DNA from: Octopus vulgaris
Taxonomy: Eukaryota
Assembly (NCBI GenBank): GCA_951406725.2
Contig: OX597817.1
Coordinates: forward strand, 46,376,001 to 46,440,000
DNA length: 64,000 nucleotides
Direction: 5' to 3'
How positions within the stretch are numbered: position 1 is the first letter of the stretch; the number at the start of each line of letters is the position of its first letter. The translations under genes and the position numbers were made by a program. Shown here in pieces: positions 41,140 through 53,192 of this stretch. The notes beneath the pieces were generated by a model. It did not search any database and was not told the origin of the DNA. It saw nothing but the letters and a program-made list of their open reading frames with translations.

Positions 41140-41551
41140 GTAAGCATCTGTAAATATGCTCCTGATGCCTAATTCACTCCTTACAATGGTATCCGTAATA
41201 TTCAGGAGCAAATATGAGGTAAAATTGAATCGATATTTTATTTTTGAATCAATATAAGCTATTTTTATCTTCTAATCGGCACATCGTGCGTTGCCTCTAC
41301 GTGAAATTTCAGTTGTAATATATTAGCTGCATGTAAAATTAAATCAGTGACAACTGTACGGAAGCCTGCCAAATAAACAGTAGTTGTTATTTGTTAGTAT
41401 ATCTAATCCGTTTTGCAAATTGACATCACTATCTGAGCGACATATCTATTGTTTTCTTGGTTTTTTTCCTTGCTTCAGTCACTGAACTGCGGTCATGCTG
41501 GATTTTCCCTTGAATAACCTTAGTCGAATAAATTGACCCCACTACTTAGTT

Positions 41552-41789
41552 CTTCAAGTGACGCCACCCCGCTGGCTAAGCGAGCAGGCCAGCAGAAGAA
41601 AGAGTGAGAGAAAGTTGGGGCGAAAGAGTAAAACAGGGGTCGCCAAAAACCCACTGCCGGAGGCTCGTGGAGCTTTAGGCGTCTTCGCTCAATAAACACT
41701 CACGACGCCCAGTCTGGGAATCGAAACCGCGATCCTACGACCGCGAATCCGCTGCCCTAACCATTGGGCCATTGGGCCATTGCGCCTCC
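41552..41789 (-). mobile_element. SINE family C, 3'-truncated
   Basis: Reverse-complement match to 39199-39430. Confidence 0.8.
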
Positions 41790-41799
41790 ATATATATAT

Positions 41800-41976
41800 A
41801 CTCTTTGTACTCTTTTACTTGTTTCAGTCATTTGACTGCGGCCATGCAGGAGCATCGCCTTTACACGGAGAAAGCAAGGTGGCGTGAAGGCGGCGGCCAC
41901 CCGCCGGGCTGACGGCGTCTTAGGCTGACGTCTCGGGCATCCTGCCGAACGATCCCGGAGACATCCACCTGCCGAC

Positions 41977-41977
<1 letters not shown>
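41800..41977 (-). mobile_element. Family B 3' tail joined to an unrelated GC-rich segment; possible 3' end of the partner LINE
   Basis: 41800-41862 is the family B tail; 41863-41977 is not family B body. Confidence 0.5.
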
Positions 41978-42010
<33 letters not shown>

Positions 42011-42015
<5 letters not shown>

Positions 42016-42219
42016 ATCCAAACAAGAAAACACAGAAAAAAACACAGCAACGCGAGGACGTTGAACAATTAAAGTATAATTTGACGCTCAGGAAAGAAGG
42101 GAAGGAGGGTTTAACGTTTCGAGCGGAGCTCTTCGTCGGAAACAAGGAGAAGGAAAGATCTCAAGAAGGGAAGACAGAGGAAAAAATATTTTTGCTGGTG
42201 GTGCCAAGAGATCACATGT

Positions 42220-42220
<1 letters not shown>
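42011..42220 (-). mobile_element. Solo Penelope pLTR-like fragment with a hammerhead-like motif (42109-42143)
   Basis: Reverse complement gttt-CCGACGA-a-gagc(tcc)gctc-GAAAC-GTT-aaac; same layout as the 45-kb pLTR; lies between (TA)n arrays. Confidence 0.65.
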
Positions 42221-42263
<43 letters not shown>

Positions 42264-42285
42264 GAGAGAGAGACAGAGAGAGATG

Positions 42286-42804
42286 GTAGTGGTATAACAA
42301 AGCAGCAATGTTTACTGGAAATAGTAGTCGATACATTGACGACGCTACAGTAAAGCTTTACTGCGTTATACTGACAAAGACGTGTGAGGGCAGCAAACAT
42401 GAAAAATGAAATTGTCTTACCTTCTAGGAAGAAAATTATATAAATGGACAACGCAGAATCGGATAATTCAGTACCTAGGTTTCAGACTCTTCAAATACGT
42501 TTGTTATCGTAAATTTGATTAGTCTTCATCAACTGGATTTACCTGGACAACATTTCAAATGCTGCTACATCAAAGCCAGTATACTCGTCTGGACGCTTAG
42601 CCGTTCACAGACCGAGAACAGTGATAAAAGTTTCAATGAAAAATAAAATATTACAATAGAAATGTATTAGATAGAAATGTATTACTTTGCAGTAAAATAA
42701 AGCACAATAAAGATAGAAGTATAAATATAGAGTAGTGGTACAACAAAGCAGCCATGTTTACTGGAAATAGCAGTCGATACATTTACGACGCTATAGTAAA
42801 ACTT
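42286..42804 (-). mobile_element. Retrozyme-like or pLTR-like unit: 446-bp period with 73-bp terminal direct repeats
   Basis: 42286-42358 and 42732-42804 differ at ~6 positions; a hammerhead motif lies between them. Confidence 0.6.
42466..42538 (-). ncRNA. Type-I hammerhead ribozyme-like motif
   Basis: Reverse complement atccag-TTGATGA-AGACT(32 nt)AGTCT-GAAAC-ctag-GTA-ctgaat: stem I 5/6 bp, stem II 5 bp, palindromic stem III ACCTAGGT; C3 replaced by U. Confidence 0.65.
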
Positions 42805-43712
42805 CAATGTGTATATAAGAACTGACCCTAATACCACGTGGCTGCAAAGTGATTTTCTTTTCTACGTCACCATTCCAGCGTGTTCAGAATAAGTTCTCGT
42901 CTACCTGTGTGTATTATTGTGTATGTTTATAAGGATACGGTTACCAGGAAATAAGCATATACTAAGGACGTGCTTCCGTAGGGAAGCTATATAAAGCCAA
43001 AACACACTTGGCACGCCAAAATTAGATTAAAATATCATAAGAGACTGATGTTATAAGTTTATTCTTCTCGCCGCATAAGTTGTATTGATTTTTCTTTTTC
43101 TCTTTTTTTTTTGTGCTGGCTATATTTAAGTACGAAGGTACTAACCTGATTGTTATTAGCCGAGACTGCTCTATTACAAGAAGGTCATTGAAATATGAAT
43201 GAATTCGCTTCCTGATGCAGAAACCATGCTCCGTGGTTTCTTCCTTTCTTCCCATCAGTACTGGCCATTCTGCGAAAGGTCACGTATATTATCTTTCCTC
43301 CACTAACCATTAAAAAAGACTTTATCTGTCTATTTCAGTTAAATGTTTAACTCTCCATAGCTCAATTTTCTTGCCAGCCAGCTGTAGTTAGCAAATCTTT
43401 AGAAAGTACCACCCACTTGAATCCAATCAAAGTAAAGCATTTTACATTTATCATCATAAAGTTGGTCGTTACGACCTTCATAAAGGTTAAAATATATTGC
43501 TGAGGAAAGCTTGCGTAAGAAATAAGCGTTACTCGTCGTCTTAAAATCCTTTCTAAATTTGGAACAAGAACAGATATCTGGTGGGAGGGGCTTAGTTGAT
43601 TAATTCCACCAAGTAATTCAGCACTGCTATATTTTATTGAGAATCTGGGGAAGATAGGCAAAGTTGATCTCTGGGATGTGAATTCAAAATTTATAAAGTC
43701 AGATAAAATACC

Positions 43713-44130
43713 TATTTCTTTACTACCCACAAGGGGCTAAACACAGAGAGGATAAACAGGGACAGACAAGCGGATTAATTCGATTATATCGACTCCAGTG
43801 CGTAACTGGTACTTATTTAATTGACCCCGAAAGGATGAAAGGCAAAGTCGACCTCGGCGGAATTTGAACTCAGAACGTAGCGGCAGATGAAATACCTATT
43901 TCTTTACTACCCACAAGGGGCTAAACACAGAGGGGACAAACAAGCACAGACAAACGGATTAAGTCGATTATATCGACCCCAGTGCGTAACTGGTACTTAT
44001 TTAATCGACCCTGAAAGGATGAAAGGCAAAGTCGATCTCGGCAGAATTTGAACTCAGAACGTAACGGCAGACGAAATACTGCTAAGCATTTCGCCCGCCG
44101 TTCTAACTTTTCTGCCAGCTCAGCGCCCTT
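43713..44130 (-). mobile_element. SINE family A dimer with a 15-bp TSD
   Basis: TSD gtcagataaaatacc at 43698-43712 and 44131-44145; internal junction gaaatag|gtatttc. Confidence 0.9.
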
Positions 44131-44204
44131 GTCAGATAAAATACCACATGATATTATCTTCGACGCTCTGTCCATTTTGCCAATTCACAGCCTACCTCTC
44201 ACAC

Positions 44205-44720
44205 TAAATAATTCTTTCTTCTATAGATACAAGGCCTGAAACTTTCGTGGAGAAGGATAGTCGAACTTGGCAGAATTTGAACTTAGAATGTAAACGCGGA
44301 AGAAATCCCGCTAAGCACTGTGCCCGGCGTGCCAACAATTCTGACACTTGGCCACCGACTTATCGCGCTAAATAACGCCTTCTTCCAATAGGCATAGATA
44401 CCGAAATCTTGTGATGGGTGAAGGTTAGTCAATTACATTGACTCCAGTGCTTAAACGGCACTTATTTTATATAATAATGAAAGGCAAAGCTGATCTCAGT
44501 AGAATTTTAGGTCAATAAGGTACGTCAGAAAAATGTTAAGTATTCTTCTGCCTATTTCACACAAAATAATAATTTCTATTATCAGCACAAGGCCTGGAAT
44601 TTGTGGCGAGGGCGATACTCCATTTCATCGATTCCAGTATTTCACTAGTATTTAATTTATCGACTTCGGAAGGATGCAAGGCAACGTCAACCTCGGCGGA
44701 ATTAGAACTCAGAACGTACC
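44205..44720 (-). mobile_element. Cluster of three old family A variant SINE fragments
   Basis: Repeated aggcc...gcagaatttgaac / gaaaggcaa motifs. Confidence 0.6.
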
Positions 44721-45142
44721 AGAGCCAAATACGCTATTAGGAAAGATATCACATGTTTCCAAACATTATTCTTGTGATGAGCAACGAAGTAGATAACTCC
44801 GAAAATTCTTTATCATTAAGCCTTATGGGCAAATGTATAGACTTCATCGTTGCTTGCTGGTTGTCTTAAAACTAGATTACTGGTTCCGTAACTATTATGA
44901 TACTGACAATCTCACTTGGTATACGCGTAGTGTCTTCATTACTGGTTTGGTAGCAACTGCTTTGCTGGTTTTGCAGTGATTAACTCTCTGGCTCTCTAGT
45001 GAATAGCTTCTAATATAGAAATATGTATAGAATATATATATATATACGGGAAGGTTTACGAAAATAAACAAAAGACGAAGGCAGGTGGAGTACAAACAAA
45101 CAATTGTATTAGTATGGCGCTCAGGAATAGAAATAAAACAAG

Positions 45143-45180
45143 TCTTTTACGTTTCGAGCCTACGCTTTTCGACAGAAAGA
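45143..45180 (-). ncRNA. Minimal hammerhead-like motif in the Penelope pLTR (non-canonical core)
   Basis: Reverse complement tcttt-CTGTCGA-a-aagc(gtag)gctc-GAAAC-GTA-aaaga; stem I 5 bp. Confidence 0.6.
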
Positions 45181-45874
45181 TACACAGAAAAGAAACAAGG
45201 AGAGAGAAAAAATGCGTGTAGGAGCTAACGGTCCAACATGGCGTTCTGATTTCAGGCAGAAGTCAGAGATCAGAGGTCAGACGTTAGACGCTAGAGGGAT
45301 AGTAGGGGAGATAATAGGGTCAAGTGACATCGCCCCAACATGAAGGTGCGTGTGTGTATAAGAGAGTATGTATGTGCGTGAGAAAGAGGGCTGGTAGTCT
45401 GGACGTGTGTATGTATGTGTGGGTGTGGAGATATGGGGATGGGTGTGTGGGTGGTGTGTTGTGATATGATATGTGTATGTATGTGTAGGTGTAAAGATGT
45501 GGGGATGGGTGTAGGGCTGTGTGCTGTGGGCGGTGTGTTGTAATGTGATGTGTAATGTCGTATGGTGTAGCGTAGTGTGGTGTGGTGTGATGTTGTGGGG
45601 AGGTGGGGGCGAGAGTGGAGAAAGCCCATGTGGGGTGTGGGTTCGGCTGGGGGTTGTGGTAGAGTGGGGGTTGTGGGGAGAGAAGAGAGAGGAGGGGAGG
45701 GGGAGATAGAGGAGGGGAAGAAGGGAAAGAAGGGAAGAGGAGGGAAAGAGAGTCGGGGTGAAAAGATGAAGGACTGTCGGGAGGGAGGTTAGATGAAAAG
45801 GGGGGTAGATGAAAAGGGGGGGAGAGTTGAGACCAAATGGCGTAAAAGAGCGAAGAGAGAAGATTAATCCCTGC

Positions 45875-47600
45875 TCACAGGGAATCCGGATGGCCTCTGT
45901 GCAAGGACAATCCGAACACAGACAGGTGTTGCAAGGAGTGACCGGCGGAGCGGAAATGGCGTGAGACCGGTGTGTCATTAGCAAGGCAGATGTCTCGGAG
46001 GTGTTCCGCGAACCGGTCAGCCAAGCGGCATCCCGCTTGTCCGATGTACAGGGAATGGCAGAGAGAGCAGGAGATGCAATAGATGATATTGCTGGAGGTG
46101 CAGGTGAAGGAGTAGATGATGCGATAGTGTTGATGATGGGTGCCGGTGAGGACGGTGGTGTTGGAGAGGTAAGGGCAAGTGCGGCAACGTGGGCGGGAGC
46201 AGGGGAACGAGCCAGGTTGGGAGGTAGGGTCAGGGAAGAAGCTGTGGACCAAGAGGTCTCGTAGGTTATGGGCACGTTTGAAAGAGGGGAGGGGTCGGTT
46301 AGGAAAGAGGTGTGAAGTGGACGGGTCGGACTGGAGATGCCGGAAAGCTCGAAGAATGGTGCGTTGGAGAGGTAGGGTGGTGGGGTGGTAAGTGAGGGGA
46401 AAAGGGAGGCGGGAGACTGCAGGGCGGGTTCGGGGGGAGAGAGCAGATTCACGGTCTACGGAACGTGCTCTGGCAAGGGCGGTGTGGATGGTGGTGAGGG
46501 GGTATCCACGTAGGATGAAGTGGCGAGCCATGAGTTGAGACTGAGTCCCAAAGTCATGGTCGTCACTACAGAGCCTACGTAGACGGAGTAATTGGGAATA
46601 GGGATGGAAAGCTTGGTGTGTTTGGGGTGGGAGGAAGAGAAGTTTAGGTATGAGTGTGAGTCTGTGTGTTTGTAGTGAATGGAGGTGATAAGAGTGGAGT
46701 GATGAATGCTGACCGAAATATCGAGGAAGGAGACAGAGGTGTTGGAGATAGTGGAGGTGAAGTGGAGGGCAGGATGGAAGGATTAAACGAAAGAGAGGAA
46801 GGAATCTAGATGTTCACGGGAGAGTGAAGTGGCACCGATAATGTCGTCAATGTAATGACCGTATAGTTCGGGAGTGGGACCAGTGAAACTAGAGAATATT
46901 TGGGCCTCAACATAGCCAACGAACAGGTTCGCATAGTTGGGGCCCATTCGCGTTCCCATGACCACTCCCGAGACTATTGGTAGAACTCGCCCGCGAACGA
47001 GAAGCAGTTAAGAGAAAGGACAAGTTCGGCCAGACGAATGAGTGTGGAGGTGTTGGGTTCGGGGTTGGGGCGGAGGTCGAGAAAGTGTTGAAGTGCCCGC
47101 AGTCCTTCATGGTGAGGGATGACGGTATAGAGGCTCTGGATGTCCATTGTAAAAAGGATTTTGGAGGAGCCGGGAGGAAAGGAGAAAGAGTTGAAAAGCC
47201 GGAGAGCATTGGTTGGTGTCGTGGATGTGGGAGGGATGAGCCGCCACTAGGGGGCAAGGACACGGTCGAGGTATTTTGAGATGAGCTCCGTGGGGCAGTT
47301 ACAGGCGGAGACGGTTGTTGGGTTTGTGGATTTGGGGGAGGAAGTAAATGGTGGGGGTGCGTGGGGTTCGGACAATGAGGTTGGATGCGGTATGGGGGAG
47401 ACGGGAGGACGAGATGAGGTCGTGGACAGTAGAGGATACCGTCTGTTGGAAGCTAAGCGTGGGGTCAGAGGACAGAGGGGAGTAGAAAGAGGTGTCATTG
47501 AGTTGGCGGAGCGCCTCGGCCCTGTAGAGGTCCGCTCGCCACACACCACCACAGCCCCACCCTTGTCAGCCGGTTTGATGACAATGTCAGCGCGCCGTTG
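45875..47600 (-). pseudogene. Disrupted Penelope RT plus GIY-YIG endonuclease ORF
   Basis: ORF pieces 47299-47544, 46783-46965 and 45875-46531 carry the motifs listed above. Confidence 0.85.
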
Positions 47601-47657
47601 GAGAGAACGAAGAGCCGAGAGCTCAGCCGGGGATATGTTGAGGCGGCGGTGGCGCCT

Positions 47658-47812
47658 GGTGGCTGTGTGATAAGTACCTTGCTTACAAACAGCATGGTTC
47701 CAGGTTCAGTCCCACTGTGTGGCACCTTGGGCAAGTGTCTTCTACTATAGCCTCGGGCCGACCAACGCCTTGTGTGTGGATTTGGTAGACGAAAACTGAA
47801 AGAAGCCCGTCG

Positions 47813-47861
<49 letters not shown>

Positions 47862-48055
47862 TTGTGTGTTTGTGTTTTGTCTTCCCAACATCGCTTCACA
47901 ACGGATGCTGGTGTGTCTACATCTCCATAACTTAGCGATTCGGCAAAAGAGGCCGATAGAATAAGTGCTGATGTCGATTTGCTCGACTAAAGGCGGTGCT
48001 CTAGCATGCCCACAGTCAAATGACTGAAACAAGTAAAAGATTAAAAGAATAAAAG
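47658..48055 (+). mobile_element. SINE family B abutting the truncated 5' end of the Penelope element
   Basis: Family B head (first bases missing), body and tail. Confidence 0.85.
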
Positions 48056-50392
48056 AGAATTCTCGGGTGATTTTAAGAAATGATATTAATTGATAATTTA
48101 CGTATAAACAGTCGCTGATAATATATTTACGTAGTTAAGATATGAACATTTTAATTCTCGGTTTTTTTTTCTTTCAGTATCAAAAAATATTCATTTCAGA
48201 GATTAATACGGTGATTAAATAGCATATCTTTTAGTTAATATTATTCCGTATTTTCGTTAAAGAGACTTATTGATCAGAATTGCTCTAATTTGTCTCCCTT
48301 GGTCGTTTCGCCAAAAAAATAATGTTACTAGGATGATGCGAGTTTGCTTGAGAAAACATTTTCCCCCAACCTTATGTTCCCGTGCATATAGATGAGGGAG
48401 GATGCTTATTAAGTGTTTCAATTAATCAATTTTGTAAAATAAGTAAACCAACAATATACTAGAGAACAATGACTCCCCTCTATCGTTTCCGTATTTGAGT
48501 CATCTTCATTTCTTCACGACATTTCTGCTTAACCCCTTACCCAACAATTATTTTGAAAATAAATGTATTTTTTCAGACATATTTCTTAATTGTTTTATTT
48601 TACTATGTTTTGAATGGTGATTTCGAGGTATATTTCAAACCTTATTTATTATGAATTTTAATTCAATAATATTGATTTTAAATTACCACTTTGGGCAGAA
48701 ACGAGTTAACCCGGTTTTTTGATAAATCATATTACTTTTACAAAAAATCATGTTATTTTATTTGGTTATCTTATTTTCCAAATTTAGAATGAATGATCAA
48801 AACATGATTGTTTACTTCTGTTGATTTTATTACTTCAAAACTGTTAGTAATGACAAAAAAGAGATACAAAATAATCATACTCGGTCTTCAATGCCTTACT
48901 CAAGCGAAAGGTGGCAGAAATCGTCACTGCCAGACGTATAAAGTGAACGAATATACTCATATATGTCAAAAAAGAGTTTATAATAGACAAAGGAACTCGT
49001 TTGCTGTCGATTTTGGCGAGTCTATCTTTTGACGAGTTAACTCGCCAGAGATAGAAAAAAACGATTTCGGTCAAAACGCATATATTCGTTTCTGCCGGGT
49101 CAATTCTTAATGCTACGCACACATCCATTTTTGTGTTTTTCCTATGCGCTTTTTCCTAAGTTTATTGCCTGTTCATGGCCATATTCGCTGAAATTTGTTG
49201 TCTTAGTTACTGTTTAGGAACCGATCAGATCTGATTTATCAAACAATGTGTTCTTTATATTTTAAATCGGCAGTGCGTAATTTCAAGGAGAGTTAAGTGT
49301 TACTTCAAACATAGACGGTCTAAGATAATGCCTGGTGTTAAAAGAAGTATATTGTCGTTCTTTTTCGTAGTATGATGCCGTGTTGTAATGACTAAATCAT
49401 TTTATTTTCTACCTTAGATCAATCGATAGATGAACTGAACGTCACGCTGATTTCCTAGAAATTTCTTTATTAACTCTCAATTTATTTCGATATACTGTTT
49501 ATGGAATGCAAAATATGTTTTATTTCATTTCATTTCAAAATAATGTTTCACTTCAGAGAACTCTGTATTTTTTCACATTCTGCAACTAGCATCCATGATG
49601 TTTTATTCTTAGTGTACAGTTGAAATTAATATGGCTCTTACAAGAAAAAAATTTTTGGGAGCCATTATAATAATTTTAATCCGGCAAACAAGTTGTAATC
49701 TTGCTAAAGATGTTGTGGTTGTAACATTCTGGTATTTTACTGTCTGTCTTTGATCTCATGTCTCCTGTTATGTTTCTTAAATATTTATAATCAACTTGTT
49801 TGAGAGTCTTTTGTTTTAATTATATTTGGAATGGACATTTTCAGTGGGCTAACGATTTCAATTGGATTAACAATTTCAGTTGGATTAAATTTTTTTTTGT
49901 TTCAACTAGATTATTTATCGTTATTTTTTTGTCAGTATTCCATATTGTGTCTCAATTATATCAAAGCATTTTGTAAGATCTCTAATTTTCTCTTTAATTT
50001 ACCCTCTTGAATCAATATTATCTCTGATACATAGATTATTAAGTAATCCAAATCATACGTCAACAATTTTTTTCTTCAAAAGATTCAATGGCGACTGTTA
50101 TATATTTGAATAGGCCTGGAAACAATTTACACCCTTTCTTCACTGAGACCTACTATTCTTCCAAACCACTTATTTAGTGATCTTCCAATGGAAACTAGAT
50201 ATTATGAATAGTCATAAAGTTTAATCTTTGACTTGTATATTCCACGTGCTTCCCTAGCTTGACTAGTGCACCGTCTTAAAGAAATTTAGTCGAACAAATC
50301 GACCGTATTACTTATTTTCATGTTAAAGTCTGGTACTTATGCTATCGATTATTTTTTCAGAAAGGCTATGATACTAGGGACGTTAAGCACAG

Positions 50393-50449
<57 letters not shown>

Positions 50450-50450
<1 letters not shown>

Positions 50451-50860
50451 TTCTTTGTTGCCTACAGGGGGCTAAACGTAGAGGGGACAAACAAGGACAG
50501 ACAAACGGATTAAGTCGATTACATCGACCCCAGTGCGTAACTGTTACTTATTTAATTGACCCCGAAAAGACGAAAAGCAAAGTCGACCTCGGCGGAATTT
50601 GAACTCAGAACGCAACGGCAGACGAAATACCTATTTCTTTACTACCCACAAAGGGCTAAACACAGAGGAGACAAACAAGGAGAAACAGACGGATTAAGTC
50701 GATTATATCAACCACAGTGCGTAACTGATACTTATTTAATCGACCCCGAAAGAATGAAAGGCAAAGTCGACCTCGGCGGAATTTGAACTCACAACGTAGC
50801 GGCAGACGAAATACCTCTAAGCATTTCGACCGGCTTGCTAACGATTCTACCATCTCACCA
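50450..50860 (-). mobile_element. SINE family A dimer
   Basis: Two units joined at gaaatag|gtatttcgtctg. Confidence 0.85.
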
Positions 50861-51184
50861 CCCTTTACATATATATACGATGGGCCTTTTTTCCGTTTCC
50901 GTTTTCCAAATCCACTCACAAAGCATTGTTCGGGCCCAAGATTTAGTAGTTGGGCACATGCCCAATGCCACGCATTAGGACCGAACGCAAAATCTTGTGA
51001 TTGCGAAGCAAGCTTCTTACCACACATCCACACCTGCGCCTCTGAATGGTTTTATAATACTCTCTATTCATAGGCTGCAATATATTTTCAGAACACGTTA
51101 ACTCATGACATGCCCTCGCAAAATAATTTTCTTTTCAATTATTAAGGCATTGATGGATGAACATGTTTTTTTGTTATTTTTATT

Positions 51185-51560
51185 TCTTTTACTTGCTGGA
51201 TCACCGCCTTTAGTCGAGCAAATCGACCCCGGGACTTATTCTTTGTAAGCCCAGTAATTATTCTATCGGTCTCTTTTTGCCGAACCGCTATGTGACGGGG
51301 ACGTAAACACACCAGCATCGGTTGTCAAGCAATGCTAGGGGAACAAACACAGACACACAAAGACACACACGCATATATAGTTATATATACATATATACGA
51401 CGGGCTTCTTTAAGACTCCCTCTACCAAATCCACTCACTAAGCATTGGTCGGCCCGGGGCTATAGCAGAAGACACTTGCCCAAGATGCCACGCAGTGGGA
51501 CTGAACCCGGAATCATGTGGCTGGTTAGCAAGCTACTTTACCACACAGCCACTCCTGCGC
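51185..51560 (-). mobile_element. SINE family B
   Basis: Family B match; an older diverged B head lies at ~50865-51040. Confidence 0.82.
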
Positions 51561-52097
51561 ATGTCTTGTAGTTTTCCAAATTAACTTGTCTTGCATTTTC
51601 CAAATGCTATAAATATACTTCACACTATATCTCCTTCCGTGGCAACAAATCACTTTCTTCAAATAAGATTTTCTTTGCTTGTTTAATTCGAGTAAATAAA
51701 GTCGTATGGCATGGCTTATAAACTAAATGTTTATTTCGGAATTTTTCGGTTTGATTTATGCTATTTTGCTATTGTTTATAGCCATTTACAGAATCATTTT
51801 CTGATATGTCATTTTTTTAAAAGTTTTAATTACCGTATTTGCATAAATTTTTATTCATCATTTCTTGATTCAGGAGGAGGTAGTGGTGTTCATGATGTTT
51901 GGAAACCCTCCGAAACAGGTTAAACGTATAGCCTTAATATTCAACGTGAACTTCTGTAATTCAACAACTGTATGAAAGACATAAGTGTAGAAAGAATTTC
52001 AAGATAAAGAGATGACGTTCTGAGAATTAGGAACTGTGGGATGGAAATAATGGCAAAATGAGAAAAGATGAGATAGTCGGGATTATCTAAGTAGGTT

Positions 52098-52328
52098 ATT
52101 TTTTTATTGCCCACAAGGGGCTAAACATAGAGGGGACACACAAGGACAGACAAACGGATTAAGTCAATTGCACCGACCCCAGTGTGTAACTGGTACTTAA
52201 TTTATCGACCCCGAAAGGATGAAAGGCAAAGTCGACCTCGGCTGAATTTGAACTCAGAACGTAACGGCAGACGAAATACCGCAAAGCATTTCGTCCGACC
52301 TACTCACGTTTCTGCCAGCTTGCCGCCT
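52098..52328 (-). mobile_element. SINE family A
   Basis: Full-length; imperfect TSD ttatctaag..ggtt. Confidence 0.85.
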
Positions 52329-52800
52329 TTATCTAAGAATGGTTGGCTTAAACTTTAACAGCTTTACCCTTTTGCAAGATATTGAAGGGATTATTTGAGT
52401 TTCAAAACACTGTACCCGTGCTTTATTTTTCTTGGGTGAAATCTGGATTTTACTGTATTTTAAACAGAATTTTCGTTTCTAAACTATTTTAGCAATTTAA
52501 TATATATTGCTCTGGGTGAAACACTTTTCAGAATGGTATCTTCCTTTATATCTGTCTTCATTTGCTATAGATGGCATGTTGTCATATTCATATCTAAAAT
52601 AACAATTGCATGCTTATTTTCGGTTATAGTTTTTAAACATTTGATATTTGCCGTTTTGAAATATTTGTCTTCAATACATTCAGTAATCAATGAGACCTCT
52701 GCAGTATGACCGAATGACCAGGAAGCTTGTTTCAGAATCAGGATGTCCAGAAATTAATTCCATTACGTGACCTCTTGGACATGTCATCTTTTATAATATA

Positions 52801-53192
52801 CTAGCAGTATCGCCCGGCGTTGCTCGGGTTTGTAAGGGAAATAACTATATAGCATTTTTAGAGATGTAAAGTATAATAGCCATCTCAATATGGCTAACCA
52901 CCAAGGGGGGGTTACTGTAGCATTTTACGTTCTGAGATTTAATAATAAATTTTTAGAGAGTTACCTCCCTTATATATGCCAGAAATGCATTAAAAATGAG
53001 AAAAATTGATGGTAATTTTTTTTTTAATCTTATACTCATCGTAGACGCGCGCTAATATCCAGAAGGGCTCAATATGAATCACGACTATAAGATACCCGGT
53101 TTTGGTTAAACTGCACCGCAAAATGTGGGAGTAGTTAGGAATCTAAATCGTAGGAGACAGACAGCACACAACCTCACTTTTATATATAAAGA
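52801..53192 (-). mobile_element. Non-autonomous Helitron
   Basis: The reverse complement starts A|TC (tctttatatataaaag) and ends with hairpin cccgagcaacgccggg and CTAG|T. Confidence 0.82.

Larger units (their letters stand above)
45046..47657 (-). mobile_element. 5'-truncated Penelope-like retroelement (Neptune-like), with a 3' pLTR at ~45046-45260
   Basis: RT motifs IKPADKGGAVVVW, MGTRMGPNYANLFVG, YGHYIDD; CSRPRCRTC linker; GIY-YIG-type IIYCISC..C..LYIGQ..RLADRFAEH. Many frameshifts and stops; 3' end abuts (TA)n. Confidence 0.9.

Noticed and set aside
41863-41977. Possible HDV-like ribozyme in the GC-rich segment
   Set aside because: I could not assemble the P1/P2/P3 nested pseudoknot on either strand.
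44778-44857. Hairpin-like gagcaacga...tcgttgctt (possible pre-miRNA)
   Set aside because: Only the outer ~12 bp pair; the interior is unstructured.
45277-46452. 391-aa Pro/Ser/Thr/His-rich ORF, the longest in the window
   Set aside because: It is an alternative frame of the C-rich Penelope strand and its low-complexity 3' region; the GIY-YIG motifs are in another frame.
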